NCBI GenBank assembly: GCA_043803405.1
Contig: JAZDKB010000033.1
Location: 1 to 41,363, forward strand
DNA from: Spirochaetota bacterium
Lineage (GTDB): Bacteria; Spirochaetota; UBA4802; JAFGDQ01
Length of the DNA: 41,363 nt
Direction: 5' to 3'
Made by a program: the position numbers and the translations under genes. The notes under the pieces are model-generated. The model saw nothing but the letters and a program-made list of their open reading frames with translations. It had not been told where the DNA came from and searched no databases. Shown here in pieces: positions 29,790 to 40,713 of this stretch (positions are counted from its first letter, which is position 1; each line of letters starts with the position of its first letter).

Positions 29790-31538
29790 TTATTCGAATG
29801 TTAAAGCTATAAATGCCGGAGCCAATATACCTGTTTTTATTCCGAAGAAAGTTCTTATGGGGGCAATATTGCCGTTTGCAGTTCTCCTGTATACCGTGAC
29901 TGAGCTGCTTGAATTATTTGCATAAATCACGCTATTTGCCACAAAAATTTCGTTATTCACAGTATCTACTGCAACCCCCTTTGGATATGCAAGGCCCGTG
30001 TTTGCACCGGAGATGGTCCTTACCGGAGCCGCATTGCCGTTTGCTGTCCTTGAGTAAATCTTGATGGAGCTGTCAGATGACCAGTTTGCCACGATAATTT
30101 CGTTATTCACTGTGTCTATGGCTATGCCAACCGGAGATGAAATGCCAGTGCCTGTTCCTGAGATAGTTCTTACCGGTGTCACATTACCATTTGCCAGCCT
30201 ATTATACACTGTTACAGAGTTATTGTTATAATTTGTAATATAGATTTCATTATTTACCGTATCTATGGAAATCCCATTCGGCCTGTTTAGGCCCGTGCTG
30301 ATTCCGGAAATTATTCTCGTTGGTGTCACATCGCCGTTTGCTGTTCTCTCATATACCGTGACAGAATTGTTCCAGTAATTTACTATAAAAATTTCATTGT
30401 TCACTCTGTCTAAAGCTATTCCGTTTGGGTGTGAAATGCCGGTGTTTGTCCCGGAAATAGTCCTGATGGGCACATTTCCATCTGCTGTCTTATCGTAAAC
30501 TATGACGGAGTCATTATCAATATCTGTAATAAAAATTTCGTTATTCACAGTGTCTATGGCAATACCATACGGATATGAAAGGCCTGAGCTATCACTGGAG
30601 ATTATTCTAACTGGGGTCACATTCCCTGTTGCTGTTCTTGTGTAAACCGAAATGGAGCTATTGGAATTATTTGCCACAAAGATTTCATTATTGACCTTAT
30701 CAATGGCTATGCCTTCCGGTAATGAGATACCGGTATTTGCTCCGGAGATAGTCCTGGCTGGTGCTATATCGCCGTTTGCCGTCCTCCCATATACCGTGAC
30801 TGAGTGTCCCCAGTAATTTACTACCATAATTTCGTTATTCACTGTATCTATGTCTATATTGTATGCAAATGAAAGGCCCGTGCTTGTTCCGGAAATGGTC
30901 CTGTCCGGGGTAACGTCCCCGTCTGCCGTTCTAGGATAAACAGTAATGGAATCGTTACTTCTGTTAACCACCAGGATTTCATCATTCACTGTGTCAACAG
31001 CTATTCCATACGGATCATAAAGGCCGGTAGTTGCCCCATAAATAGTCCTGATCGGAGAAACGTCGCCGTTTGCTGTCCTTTCATAAACTATTATTGAGCT
31101 GTTACTTGTTACAAAAATTTCGTTATTAACTGTATCGATCGCTATGCCAGTTGGAAATATGAGGCCCGAATTCCATCCGCAAATGCTCCTTATTGGGGCA
31201 ATATTTCCGTTTGCAGTTCTTGTATAAACAGTAATAGAACTGCTGGACTCATTTGTCACAAATATTTCATTATTCACTGTGTCAATAGCTACTGAGGTTG
31301 GTTCTGACAAATGTGTAAGAGAACCAAAATTTTTCAAGGGCTCGATATTCCCGGTTTTAGATGCGTCAAATACGGATACATTGTGAAAAGCTGTATTGAC
31401 TACATAAAGCTCTTTTGCAGATGATCCGCCGCCGGAATTGTTATTATTACTGATGCTGTTGCTGCTGCTTCCTCCGCATTGGATAAAAACAAAAACAGCC
31501 AGTAAACAAGCTAAAAAAATTTTAAAATTTATTTTCAT
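29790..31538 (-). CDS. lipoprotein with NHL-like beta-propeller repeats
   Basis: FIQC lipobox and 10 repeats of about 49 aa, 'P.GIAIDTVNNEIFV.N...SITVY.RTANG'. Confidence 0.85.
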   Translation of the reverse strand: MKINFKIFLACLLAVFVFIQCGGSSSNSISNNNNSGGGSSAKELYVVNTAFHNVSVFDASKTGNIEPLKNFGSLTHLSEPTSVAIDTVNNEIFVTNESSSSITVYTRTANGNIAPIRSICGWNSGLIFPTGIAIDTVNNEIFVTSNSSIIVYERTANGDVSPIRTIYGATTGLYDPYGIAVDTVNDEILVVNRSNDSITVYPRTADGDVTPDRTISGTSTGLSFAYNIDIDTVNNEIMVVNYWGHSVTVYGRTANGDIAPARTISGANTGISLPEGIAIDKVNNEIFVANNSNSSISVYTRTATGNVTPVRIISSDSSGLSYPYGIAIDTVNNEIFITDIDNDSVIVYDKTADGNVPIRTISGTNTGISHPNGIALDRVNNEIFIVNYWNNSVTVYERTANGDVTPTRIISGISTGLNRPNGISIDTVNNEIYITNYNNNSVTVYNRLANGNVTPVRTISGTGTGISSPVGIAIDTVNNEIIVANWSSDSSIKIYSRTANGNAAPVRTISGANTGLAYPKGVAVDTVNNEIFVANSVIYANNSSSSVTVYRRTANGNIAPIRTFFGIKTGILAPAFIALTFE

Positions 31539-31567
31539 AAAAAAATTCCTCCTTGTTTTCTTTTTTC

Positions 31568-31601
31568 TGCACATAAGCAGCGTGAAGTGCTGAATCGTCA
31601 C
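31568..31601 (-). promoter_or_regulatory. conserved bipartite upstream element, copy B
   Basis: GTGACGATT-cagcacttcacgct-GCTTATGTGCA, 29 nt before ATG 31538. Confidence 0.75.
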
Positions 31602-31736
31602 AAAATTTTTTTGCGTTCATCCGAAAAATATTTTTCTGAATAATTCTTTCTTATTATTTCTTCTTTTAAGAGACCAATATATCCGTTACGATTTAGTGTA
31701 CTCATTTTATTTATCCTTAAATTTATTGATCTGCCG

Positions 31737-33602
31737 TTAGAATGTCGTAGCTAAAAAAGTAGGACCGCTTAATCCTGTTATTATTCTTTTTGGAGCAGCG
31801 TTACCGTCGTCCGTTCTCATATAAACTGTAATGGAGTTATTCTTTTTATTTACCACGAAAATCTCATTGTTCGCTGTATCTATTGTTATGCCGTATGGTA
31901 TTAAAAGGCCGGTGCTCGTCCCGGAAATTACTCTTTTCGGCGTAACACTGCCGTTATCCATTCTATTATATGCTTTAATGAAATTATTTTGATCAAGTAA
32001 ATTTGAGTCTGTTACAAAAATTTCGTTATTGATTGTATCTATAGTGATGCCGTAAGGAGAATTAAGATTGCCAGAAATTTCCCTTGCTGGAGTTACTTCA
32101 CCGTAATTCATTCTGCCAAAAACTTTGATGGATTTGGTTCCAAAATCTGTCACAAAAATTTCATTGTTTATTGTGTCGACTGCAATACCTATTGGCCATG
32201 AAAGGGTTGTAGCAGTTCCGGAGATAGCCCTTTTAGGGGCGATATCACCATTATCCATCCTTTCATAAACTGTGATGGAATTATTGCTGCGATTTGCCAC
32301 GAAAATTTCATTATTGACTACATCAACTGCTATACTCTGTGGATATGAAAGGCCGGTATTATCTCCGGAGATGATTCTTTTCGGTACTGCATCACCAGTG
32401 TCTGTTTTCCCGTACACTACGATGGAATTGTTTTTTATGTTTGTCATAAAAATTTCGTTATTCACATTATCAACTGCTATCCCATATGGGAATGAAAGGT
32501 TATAACTCGCGCCGGAAATATTTCTTTTTGGAGCAATATCATTTGTATCCTCCCTCCCATATACTGTGATGGAGTTGTTGTCATAATTTGCTACGAATAT
32601 CTCGTTATTAATTGTATCTACAGCCAAAGCGTCTGGTGATAGAAGATTTGTATGTGAACCTGTGATTGTCCTTTTAGGAATTGCATTATCGCTGTCTGTT
32701 ATCCCATAAACAGTGATGGAATTTATTGTGGAATTCATATCATGGTTTGTCACAATAATTTCGCCATTCACTGTATCTATGGCTATTCCATACGGTTTTA
32801 TTTGGCCAGTGCCCTCTCCCAGTATTTTTCTTTTAGGAACAGCAGTATCGCAGTCTGTTCTTCCATAAACCAGGATAATATTGTCGCCGCTGTTTATTAC
32901 GAATAACTCGTTATTGATAGTATCAACTGCTATACCATTCGGACTCTGAAAGCTGGTGCTTGTACCGGAAATTATCCTTTTCGGAGAAATGTCCCCGCTG
33001 TCAGTTCTTCCAAAGACTGTAATAGAACAAAGCCCATAACTTCCTCCATTTATTACAAAGATCTCATTATTAGTAGTATCAACTGCTATGGCGCATGCAT
33101 TGTAAGAACTGGTATTCGATTTAGAAATAGTTCTTTTTGGAGCCACATCGCCGTTATCTGTTCTTCCGTATACAGTAATGGAACTGGAGGCGTTTGATAC
33201 AAAAATCTCATTATTTACATTATCAATTGCAACACCAGTTGGATATGAAAGGGCTGTTTTTGTTCCAACAATTGCTCTTATTGGAGCAATATTGCCTGTA
33301 TCATCTCTTTTATATACAGTTATGGTGTTGCTATAGCCATTTGCTACAAAGATCTCGTTATTCACAGAATCTATGGAAACTGAATTCGGGTTTGTCAAAC
33401 ATGTAAGAGATCCAATAGTCTGCAGCGGCGCAGCACTTCCGGTTTGTGTCGCGTCATATAATGATATGCTTTGTGAAGTAGAGTTGACTACATAAATGCC
33501 TCTGAATGGTGTTGTTTGGTTTCCGCTTTTGCTTCCTCCGCATTGAATAAAAACAAAAATAGCGAGTAAACAAGCTGCAATAATTTTAAAATTTATTTTC
33601 AT
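31737..33602 (-). CDS. paralogous lipoprotein with NHL-like beta-propeller repeats
   Basis: MKINFK..FIQC lipobox and 11 'D..NNEIFV' repeats. Confidence 0.85.
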   Translation of the reverse strand: MKINFKIIAACLLAIFVFIQCGGSKSGNQTTPFRGIYVVNSTSQSISLYDATQTGSAAPLQTIGSLTCLTNPNSVSIDSVNNEIFVANGYSNTITVYKRDDTGNIAPIRAIVGTKTALSYPTGVAIDNVNNEIFVSNASSSITVYGRTDNGDVAPKRTISKSNTSSYNACAIAVDTTNNEIFVINGGSYGLCSITVFGRTDSGDISPKRIISGTSTSFQSPNGIAVDTINNELFVINSGDNIILVYGRTDCDTAVPKRKILGEGTGQIKPYGIAIDTVNGEIIVTNHDMNSTINSITVYGITDSDNAIPKRTITGSHTNLLSPDALAVDTINNEIFVANYDNNSITVYGREDTNDIAPKRNISGASYNLSFPYGIAVDNVNNEIFMTNIKNNSIVVYGKTDTGDAVPKRIISGDNTGLSYPQSIAVDVVNNEIFVANRSNNSITVYERMDNGDIAPKRAISGTATTLSWPIGIAVDTINNEIFVTDFGTKSIKVFGRMNYGEVTPAREISGNLNSPYGITIDTINNEIFVTDSNLLDQNNFIKAYNRMDNGSVTPKRVISGTSTGLLIPYGITIDTANNEIFVVNKKNNSITVYMRTDDGNAAPKRIITGLSGPTFLATTF

Positions 33603-33631
33603 AAAAACATTTCTCCTTGTTTTCTTTTTTC

Positions 33632-33665
33632 TGCACATAAGCATCCCGAAGCGCCAAATCGTCAC
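33632..33665 (-). promoter_or_regulatory. conserved bipartite upstream element, copy C
   Basis: GTGACGATT-tggcgcttcgggat-GCTTATGTGCA, 29 nt before ATG 33602. Confidence 0.75.
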
Positions 33666-33705
33666 AAAAAATTATTGTCCAAACAATTGCCAACACATTA
33701 ATTTG

Positions 33706-34932
33706 TTAATGTGTAAATACTACAATAGATGTCATTAGATATATACTAGTCCCAGTCCCAGGGTTGATGTCTTTAACCATAACAGTGCCAGCATCAGTGC
33801 CGTCAGTTTTCCATAGTTCGCCGCCATGACTGCCGTCATTGGCAATAAAGTAAACTGCACTGTTGAATACAGTAAATCTATAGGGGTTGCTAACTCCTGT
33901 GATATTAATATCTTTCAGCATAACAGTGCCAGCATCAGTTCCGTCGGTTTTCCATAGTTCAATTCCGTGAGTACCATCATCGGCATGAAAGTAAAGGGCG
34001 CTGTTGAATACTGTAAATCCATTAGGGCTGCTACTTCCTGTGATATTGATATCTTTAACCATAACAGTGCCCGCTTCATTTCCATCTGTTTTCCATAGTT
34101 CACTGCCGTTTTCGCCATCATCAGCTACAAAGTAAAGAGTGTCATCTAATATGGTAAATCCTCCAGAAGCGATGTCTTTTAACATAACAGTGCCGGTTTC
34201 AGTGCCGTCAGTTTTCCAGAGTTCATAACCGTTGGTTTCATCATAGGCTGAAAAAAAAAGAGCACCATTGAATACACTAAATCCACCGACATGGCTATCC
34301 CCCGTAATATTGATGTCTTTTAACATAACAGTGCCAGCATCAGTACCGTCAGTTTTCCATAGTTCGTAGCCATGTGTGCCGTCATTTGCACTAAAGAAAA
34401 GTTCGCCGTTGAATACAGTAAATCCACCAGGATAACTATCCCCTGTGATATTGATATCTTTAACCATAACAGTGCCAGCTTCAGTGCCATCGGTTTTCCA
34501 GAGTTCAACGCCAAGTGCGCCGTCATTTGCTTGAAAGTAAAGAGCACCGTTGAATACAATAAATCCACCGGGATAGCTATTCCCAGTGATATTGATATCT
34601 TTAACCATAACAGTGCCAGCATCAGTGCCGTCAGTTTTCCATAGTTCACGGCCGTGCGTACCGTCATTAGCATTAAAATAAAGAGCACTGTTGAATACTG
34701 TAAATCCACAAGGATAGCTGTCTCCAGTGATATTGATATCTTTAACCATAACAGTGCCGACATCAGTGCCGTCAGTTTTCCATAACTCATAGCCATGTTC
34801 TCCATCAGTTGCGCTAAAATATGCGAAACTGGTTGCACTTGATGAATTATTACTTTTACTGCCGCCGCATCCCGCGAGCGCAATTACTGCTATTATCATT
34901 ACCATAATTGCAGTTTTAATCTGGTTTTTCAT
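33706..34932 (-). CDS. ELWxxDGT-repeat lipoprotein
   Basis: LAGC lipobox and 8 ELWKTDG repeats of about 47 aa. Confidence 0.9.
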   Translation of the reverse strand: MKNQIKTAIMVMIIAVIALAGCGGSKSNNSSSATSFAYFSATDGEHGYELWKTDGTDVGTVMVKDINITGDSYPCGFTVFNSALYFNANDGTHGRELWKTDGTDAGTVMVKDINITGNSYPGGFIVFNGALYFQANDGALGVELWKTDGTEAGTVMVKDINITGDSYPGGFTVFNGELFFSANDGTHGYELWKTDGTDAGTVMLKDINITGDSHVGGFSVFNGALFFSAYDETNGYELWKTDGTETGTVMLKDIASGGFTILDDTLYFVADDGENGSELWKTDGNEAGTVMVKDINITGSSSPNGFTVFNSALYFHADDGTHGIELWKTDGTDAGTVMLKDINITGVSNPYRFTVFNSAVYFIANDGSHGGELWKTDGTDAGTVMVKDINPGTGTSIYLMTSIVVFTH

Positions 34933-34960
34933 ATTATTCCTCCTTTTGTTTTCTTTTTTC

Positions 34961-34994
34961 TGCACATAAGCAGCGGAAGAAGGCAAATCGTCAC
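34961..34994 (-). promoter_or_regulatory. conserved bipartite upstream element, copy D
   Basis: GTGACGATT-tgccttcttccgct-GCTTATGTGCA, 28 nt before ATG 34932. Confidence 0.75.
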
Positions 34995-35069
34995 AAAAAA
35001 AATTTGAAATTTCTTGAATCCTTATCCTTTTCGAATTCATTTTTGGTTATTAAAGGATAGGGTAGGTAT

Positions 35070-35101
35070 AGTTCTCCCCGCAGCAGGCTGCGGAGAGAAC
35101 T
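35070..35101 (-). terminator. GC-rich hairpin (terminator or REP-like) after the 48-aa-repeat gene
   Basis: AGTTCTCCCCGCAGC-ag-GCTGCGGAGAGAACT. The single mismatch is a G-U pair on the minus strand. Confidence 0.55.
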
Positions 35102-35124
35102 TAATAAAGCAGAATATCAATAAG

Positions 35125-37102
35125 TTATTTTTCCAGTTCTGCAAAATATGACCATGGTTTGTTATTTATGTTTGTAAATCTTCCCCCCTGCATATACAGT
35201 ACTTCCGCAAACTACAATGGTAAAGACAGAATTATTAGCATTCGGATCCCAGGAAGTAGCATTACCTGTTATTGCGTCAAGTGCTGCAAAATAATTCCTT
35301 GTCTGTCCTCCTATGCTAGTAAAAAATCCTCCTGCATATACAGTGCTGCCGCTTACAGCAATAGTATAGACAATATCATTAGCATTCGGGTTCCAGGAAG
35401 CAGCATTGCCTGCTGTCGCGTCAATAGCTGCAATATAATTCCTTGTCTGTCCTCCTATGCTTGTAAAATATCCTCCTGCATACACAGTGCTGCCGCTTAC
35501 AGCAATAGTATAGACAATATCATTAGCATTCGGGTTCCAAGAAGTTGCATTACCTGTTGCTGTATCAAGTGCTGCTATACAATTCCTTGTCTGTCCCCCT
35601 ATGCTTGAAAAGCCTCCCCCTGCATACACAGTATTTCCGCTTACTGCAAGGGTACAGACAGAATTACTAGCATTCGGGTTCCAGGAAGTAGCCTTGCCAG
35701 TTGCTGCGTCAATAGCTGCAATATAATTTCTTGTCTCTCCTCCTATGCTTGTAAAGCCTCCCCCTGCATACACAGTAGTTCCGCTTACTGCAAGGATTAT
35801 AACAAGACTATTAGCATTCGGATCCCAGGAAGTAACATTGCCTGTTGCCGCGTCAATAGCTGCAATATGATTTCTTGTATCACCTCCTATGCTTGTAAAA
35901 TCTCCTCCTGCATAAACAGTACTTCCGCTTACAGCAAGGGTAAAGACACCACCATTAGCACTCGGGTTCCATGAAGTAGCCTTGCCAGTTATCGAGTCAA
36001 TTGCCGCTATATAATTCCTTGTATCATTTCCTATGCTTGTAAAATCTCCTCCTGCATAAACAGTACTTCCGCTTACAGCAAGGGTAAAGACACCACCATT
36101 AGCATTCGGGTTCCAGGAAGTAACATTGCCTGTTACTGCGTCAATAGCTGCAATACGATTTCTTGTCTCTCCTCCTATGCTTGTAAAATCTCCTCCTGCA
36201 TACACAGTATTTCCGCTTACTGCAAGGGTACAGACAGAATTACTAGCATTCGGGTTCCAGGAAGTAGCATTACCTGTTGCTGCATCAAGGGCTGCTATAC
36301 CATTCCTTGTTTCTCCACCTATGCTTGAAAATGCACCTCCTGCATACACAGTACTTTCGCTTGCTGCAAGGGTCATGATAGGATCACTAGCATTCGGGTT
36401 CCAGTCTGTAGCATTGCCTGTTGCCGCGTCAAGTGCTGCAATATAATTCCTTGTCTGTCCTCCTATGTTTGAAAACCATCCCCCTGCATACACAGTATTT
36501 TCGCTTACTGCAAGGGTAAAGACAGTATTACTAGCATTCGCATCCCAGGAAGTAGCATTACCTGTTGCCGCGTCAAGTGCTGCAATATAATTCCTTGTCT
36601 GTCCTCCTATGTTTGAAAACCATCCACCTGCATACACAGTACTTTCACTAACTGCAAGGGTATTGACTTGTTCATTAGCATTAGGGTCCCATGCTGCGTC
36701 AACAGATCCATTGGCCAATATATGGGCAATATTATTCCTTGCGTAATCCCCTGCATAGGTAAACCATCCGCCTATATACCAGCCCCCTTTCCCGTCCGGC
36801 GCTGTAGCATAAATCTCGCCGGATATCATTGGGAATGCTGATGCCTTTTGCCCTGTAACAGTATCTATCGGTACTCCGCTTCCTGTTACAGGCCCAACAT
36901 ATGTAAACTCACCGCCTATGTATATTGTGCCGTCAGGTCCGATTGCTGTTGCCCATACAGTGCCGTTTGTGATATATCTTGCTTTTTCAGAGTTGCTTCC
37001 CCCACCAGTATTTGAGCTGTTCTCGCTGCTTCCTCCGCATCCCGCGAGCGCAACTGCTGCTATTATCATTACCATAATTGCAGTTTTAATCTGGTTTTTC
37101 AT
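35125..37102 (-). CDS. lipoprotein with 48-aa 'VYAGGxFTSIGG' beta-propeller repeats, with a frameshift near the C-terminus
   Basis: LAGC lipobox, 11 VYAGG repeats and 2 YIGG repeats. The ORF as written stops at 35162, but the repeat continues in another frame to 35125. Confidence 0.85.
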
Positions 37103-37128
37103 AATTAACCTCCGAATTATTTAATGTT

Positions 37129-37162
37129 TGCACATAAGCAGCTAAAAACCGTGAATCGTCAC
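37129..37162 (-). promoter_or_regulatory. conserved bipartite upstream element, copy E
   Basis: GTGACGATT-cacggtttttagct-GCTTATGTGCA, 26 nt before ATG 37102. Confidence 0.75.
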
Positions 37163-37588
37163 AAAAAATTATTAAAAATTTGTAAAATATTTTATGTTTT
37201 ATGCATTATAAAAAATATGGATAACTACGACGTGGATAACAAAGAAGTTTAAAAGTTTATATATAAAGTATAAAGCTGGGGTATTAAGCCGCCGGAAAAA
37301 TCGGCGGTATTGTATTCAATTTAAATAGCATAAATTATTTTCTTATGATAACGTTATTTTTATAAATTCCGAACAAAGATTTATTGTCGTTTTTCGCTCC
37401 CAGAAAAGACAATTTAGCAACTCTACTATATATTTAATAACGTTCCAGAAGCGTATCAGATTTTGTCATCTGATAAGAATGCGACTGAGTAGATTCAAGC
37501 AATAACTAATCCTCTCAACTGCCTATTAACTTGCCTTGAGACCTTACTCTTTAATGTTTTTTGCCTTTTCTCCACTAGAATTTATCAA

Positions 37589-38863
37589 TTATAATTCCTG
37601 CTGATTTTTTTCCCTGCTATCCCTATCAATAATCTTCAGCATTCCGAAACATACACTTTGTTCACCATCAACTACCATTCTAATACAATATTTGCAGTTG
37701 TCTTCTTCTTTAGAAACAAACGAACCTATCTTGACGTCATTTACAAAGTAAGAATAATTATTACCTCTTACTTCGACCTTTAAACGTTGAAATTTATCCG
37801 AATTAATATTTGTCTTTGGATTATTAGTCCATGGAATCATGATCGAATCAATTTTATTATTTATTAATTTATATGCCTTTGCGCCGCCATTCCTGGAAAT
37901 TAAAAAATTATATTTATTTAATCTGTCAGAACCGGCAAGAGAAAAGCCAAACCCCTGATCCTTTATACCCGACTTCCAAATAGCATCACATATAATATCG
38001 TAATTTTTTTTTCTTTCAAGGCTTGGGTCTAGCCAGTGGTGAGCAGAAATGATATCATCTTTAAAATTATCAATATTAAAACCAAATTGATTAATATACA
38101 TTTTATAATTATTAAAATTGCCGTCAGGCCAGCCATATCCCTTTTCAAATGTCTCCAAATAAAATGGTTCCGGCTCCATACTCTTACCGATAGAAGAAAG
38201 CAAGTCAGCTGATTCTTTCCGCACTCTTTTAATTCTATCATTAGCAGCAAGCCACTGTAGAATGTTTACAGTATCACTGCTTATTTGATGCTTAACCTTT
38301 GTTAGTTCTGTAATAGCCTTAATCCGTGTGCCTGAATCAGTATCAATCAACGCATCCTGTAAACAGCTAACTATTTTTTCATTTAAAAATTTATTCGTAT
38401 TATTTTCCGATAAAACAGGTATTGGATGAGTACCTACTGTTGTGAATATATAATATGTTAAATAAGTAATCGTTGTTGTTGATTTTAGATAATAATTAGT
38501 ATCAGTAGAAGATGATGCTGATACATATATAGGTTGGATAGTTACACAACTAGTCATATCCTGCAATACATTCACGGAGATATTTTTTATATAATCTTTA
38601 TGCATAAAAATGAATTCATATTTTCCGGGAGCTTTGGCAATCCTGTATTCCTGTTTGCCTATTGCATCTTCTACTTCCTTAATCTCATTGTTGTTATCAA
38701 TCCTGTAAATATTAAAACGATTCAAATTACAGTAAAACGAAATATATCCCTTAGGACTGTTTTGCCCAATATCATCTTTTATATAAACCGAGCTGCACGA
38801 GATTATTGTTATAAAAATTAATGTTACCATTAAATATATTGAACCGCTAAATTTCTTTTTCAT
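37589..38863 (-). CDS. multidomain lipoprotein (beta domain, HEAT-like repeats, lectin-like beta-sandwich)
   Basis: IISC lipobox, DALIDTDSGTRIKAI (HEAT-like) and RLKVEVRGNNYSYFVND (ConA-like). Confidence 0.7.
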   Translation of the reverse strand: MKKKFSGSIYLMVTLIFITIISCSSVYIKDDIGQNSPKGYISFYCNLNRFNIYRIDNNNEIKEVEDAIGKQEYRIAKAPGKYEFIFMHKDYIKNISVNVLQDMTSCVTIQPIYVSASSSTDTNYYLKSTTTITYLTYYIFTTVGTHPIPVLSENNTNKFLNEKIVSCLQDALIDTDSGTRIKAITELTKVKHQISSDTVNILQWLAANDRIKRVRKESADLLSSIGKSMEPEPFYLETFEKGYGWPDGNFNNYKMYINQFGFNIDNFKDDIISAHHWLDPSLERKKNYDIICDAIWKSGIKDQGFGFSLAGSDRLNKYNFLISRNGGAKAYKLINNKIDSIMIPWTNNPKTNINSDKFQRLKVEVRGNNYSYFVNDVKIGSFVSKEEDNCKYCIRMVVDGEQSVCFGMLKIIDRDSREKNQQEL

Positions 38864-38881
38864 AAAGATTGTCCTCTATAT

Positions 38882-39292
38882 TTATTCCATATTTTTTGAA
38901 TTTATTGATTTTGTATGATTATCAATAACTGATATATAAAATTGTATTTTATTATTATTAAGTTTATAAGTTAATGAATAATTTTTCCCAGGTTCAAAAT
39001 TATAAACGAGTTTAATGGGGTCAGACCATGCAGTATCAAAAAGGAACATGCATATAAAGAAATGTTCACCAGGGCCAAACTCAACTGAATGATTAGTACT
39101 GAAATTTTTCCATTCTACATATTCTAAATAGGTGTCGAAATGAAATATGGAAACTCGTCTTGGTAAATATAATTTGACTTTTTTTTCAACAGGAAGATCT
39201 TTCGGTCCGTAATATCCGTGAAACTCACTTTGAGTAGATTGACAGCAGATAAAAAATAATAATAAAAATATTAAATAATGTATTTTTTTCAT
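38882..39292 (-). CDS. small putative lipoprotein
   Basis: MKK-hydrophobic-CC signal, with FGPGEH and FEPGKNY motifs. Confidence 0.7.
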   Translation of the reverse strand: MKKIHYLIFLLLFFICCQSTQSEFHGYYGPKDLPVEKKVKLYLPRRVSIFHFDTYLEYVEWKNFSTNHSVEFGPGEHFFICMFLFDTAWSDPIKLVYNFEPGKNYSLTYKLNNNKIQFYISVIDNHTKSINSKNME

Positions 39293-39365
39293 ATAAAGTT
39301 ACTTCCCTTATTTATATAAATATGTCAGCAAAGTTTTAAAATTAACAATATCCTTCCCGGTTATC

Positions 39366-40028
39366 TTAATGCGCATCTAAAAGAAGCTTATCTTTTTCGA
39401 TATCAGTATAGAGATTTCTTATCATGTTTCTCAGTGTATTAAAATGTACTCTCTCATTCTCAACAGAAAACCATGTTCCCCAATCCGCCTCTGGCCCAAC
39501 AAATGCTGGTAATACGAAAATGCCACCCCATAAGCTGGTATAATCATAGTATTGATAAGATTTTAATTCATTGCCTTTGGAATCATTTAGGGTTGCAGTT
39601 ATGTAGTAATCATTTTGCATTCTCATGGGAATTATGCCAAGTGTAAGTATACATAATGTCATACTTGTAATTACACCTGCAGAAATATGCGGATGCCTAT
39701 ACATCTTAATCATAATGCTATAATCCATTTGTTTATTCCTGGTTTGGTCGGTCGTGTATTTGCTGAACATCTGGGATTCTTTTGTGGTCTTTTCTATGAT
39801 TTCAATTAATTGCAAACTTTCTTCATCATAAGCGATTTTAAAATCAGCATATCTCCTGATTTTTATGTCTAAATATACTGATGGTTTTTTTGTAAAAGCG
39901 GATTTATCCGCGAACTGATTTACCGTGTGTAATTGTTTTCCAGGATAAACAGCACAATTGAAAAATACAGGGAAAGCCAATATTGCAATTATGCTGAATA
40001 AAAGTCGTTTTATCTTTAATTGTTTCAT
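39366..40028 (-). CDS. putative lipoprotein
   Basis: FFNC lipobox, internal hydrophobic LTLGIIP segment, RBS GAGG. Confidence 0.75.
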   Translation of the reverse strand: MKQLKIKRLLFSIIAILAFPVFFNCAVYPGKQLHTVNQFADKSAFTKKPSVYLDIKIRRYADFKIAYDEESLQLIEIIEKTTKESQMFSKYTTDQTRNKQMDYSIMIKMYRHPHISAGVITSMTLCILTLGIIPMRMQNDYYITATLNDSKGNELKSYQYYDYTSLWGGIFVLPAFVGPEADWGTWFSVENERVHFNTLRNMIRNLYTDIEKDKLLLDAH

Positions 40029-40185
40029 CTCAATTAACCTCTTGTTTCTTTGAAATAATGAAATTGCTTATTTAGTTATATATGAAAGCATCCTGTAATG
40101 CTAAATCGCCCAAAAAAAATCGACACTATCTATTTTTATAAATAAAATCTCAAAAGATAAATTTTAGATTAGAGGTATGTTTTTT

Positions 40186-40683
40186 TTATTCTTTTTTACG
40201 ATGCATAATAAATTTTATCCCGTCATTTTCATTTCTTGTTAATATCCTGTAGTTATACGCACCTGCAAATGTATCATCATCTTTTCTTTTCATTACTACG
40301 GTATAGAATTGATCGCCGCCATAAGTTCTCCTTCTTTGTATTGCACTTAAAAGGCCACTGTTTGATGTGCTTTCTAATATATTTCTTGCTGCATTACTTA
40401 AAGGGACTAAAATGTAAATCATGTCCCCGCTGATTCTGCCTATACATTCATTGCCTCCTAAACTGCCTTTAATATCCACTTTATCCTGTTTAAATTCGCT
40501 TTCTCCCCATACGTCATCGTTCCATATACCTTCTGATTTTACCCTGGGATCCGGTGGATTTTTCTTACTCGAAAGCCAGTCATAGAATTCATAAGTTTCC
40601 AATTGCGGGGTTTGTGTTCCGGCACACGATATAGTTAAAAATGCAATGCATAGAATAATGAAAATATTTGATTTATTTAGCAT
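40186..40683 (-). CDS. putative lipoprotein
   Basis: TISC lipobox, RBS AGGAGG. Confidence 0.75.
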   Translation of the reverse strand: MLNKSNIFIILCIAFLTISCAGTQTPQLETYEFYDWLSSKKNPPDPRVKSEGIWNDDVWGESEFKQDKVDIKGSLGGNECIGRISGDMIYILVPLSNAARNILESTSNSGLLSAIQRRRTYGGDQFYTVVMKRKDDDTFAGAYNYRILTRNENDGIKFIMHRKKE

Positions 40684-40713
40684 AATAAATGGCCTCCTTT
40701 GATTTTTAATTTC

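Noticed and set aside
29712..35040. Longer N-termini in the ORF track (starts 29742, 31601, 33665, 35040)
   Set aside because: They translate through the conserved upstream element. Strong RBSs and signal peptides mark the downstream ATGs.
29790..37102. Diversity-generating retroelement TR/VR pairs
   Set aside because: The repeats are in-frame intragenic propeller blades, the differences are not adenine-specific, and no reverse transcriptase is present.
37444..37518. WD40-like remnant on the minus strand (IYSVAFLSDDKI*YASG)
   Set aside because: A single short match with two stops, which could be chance.
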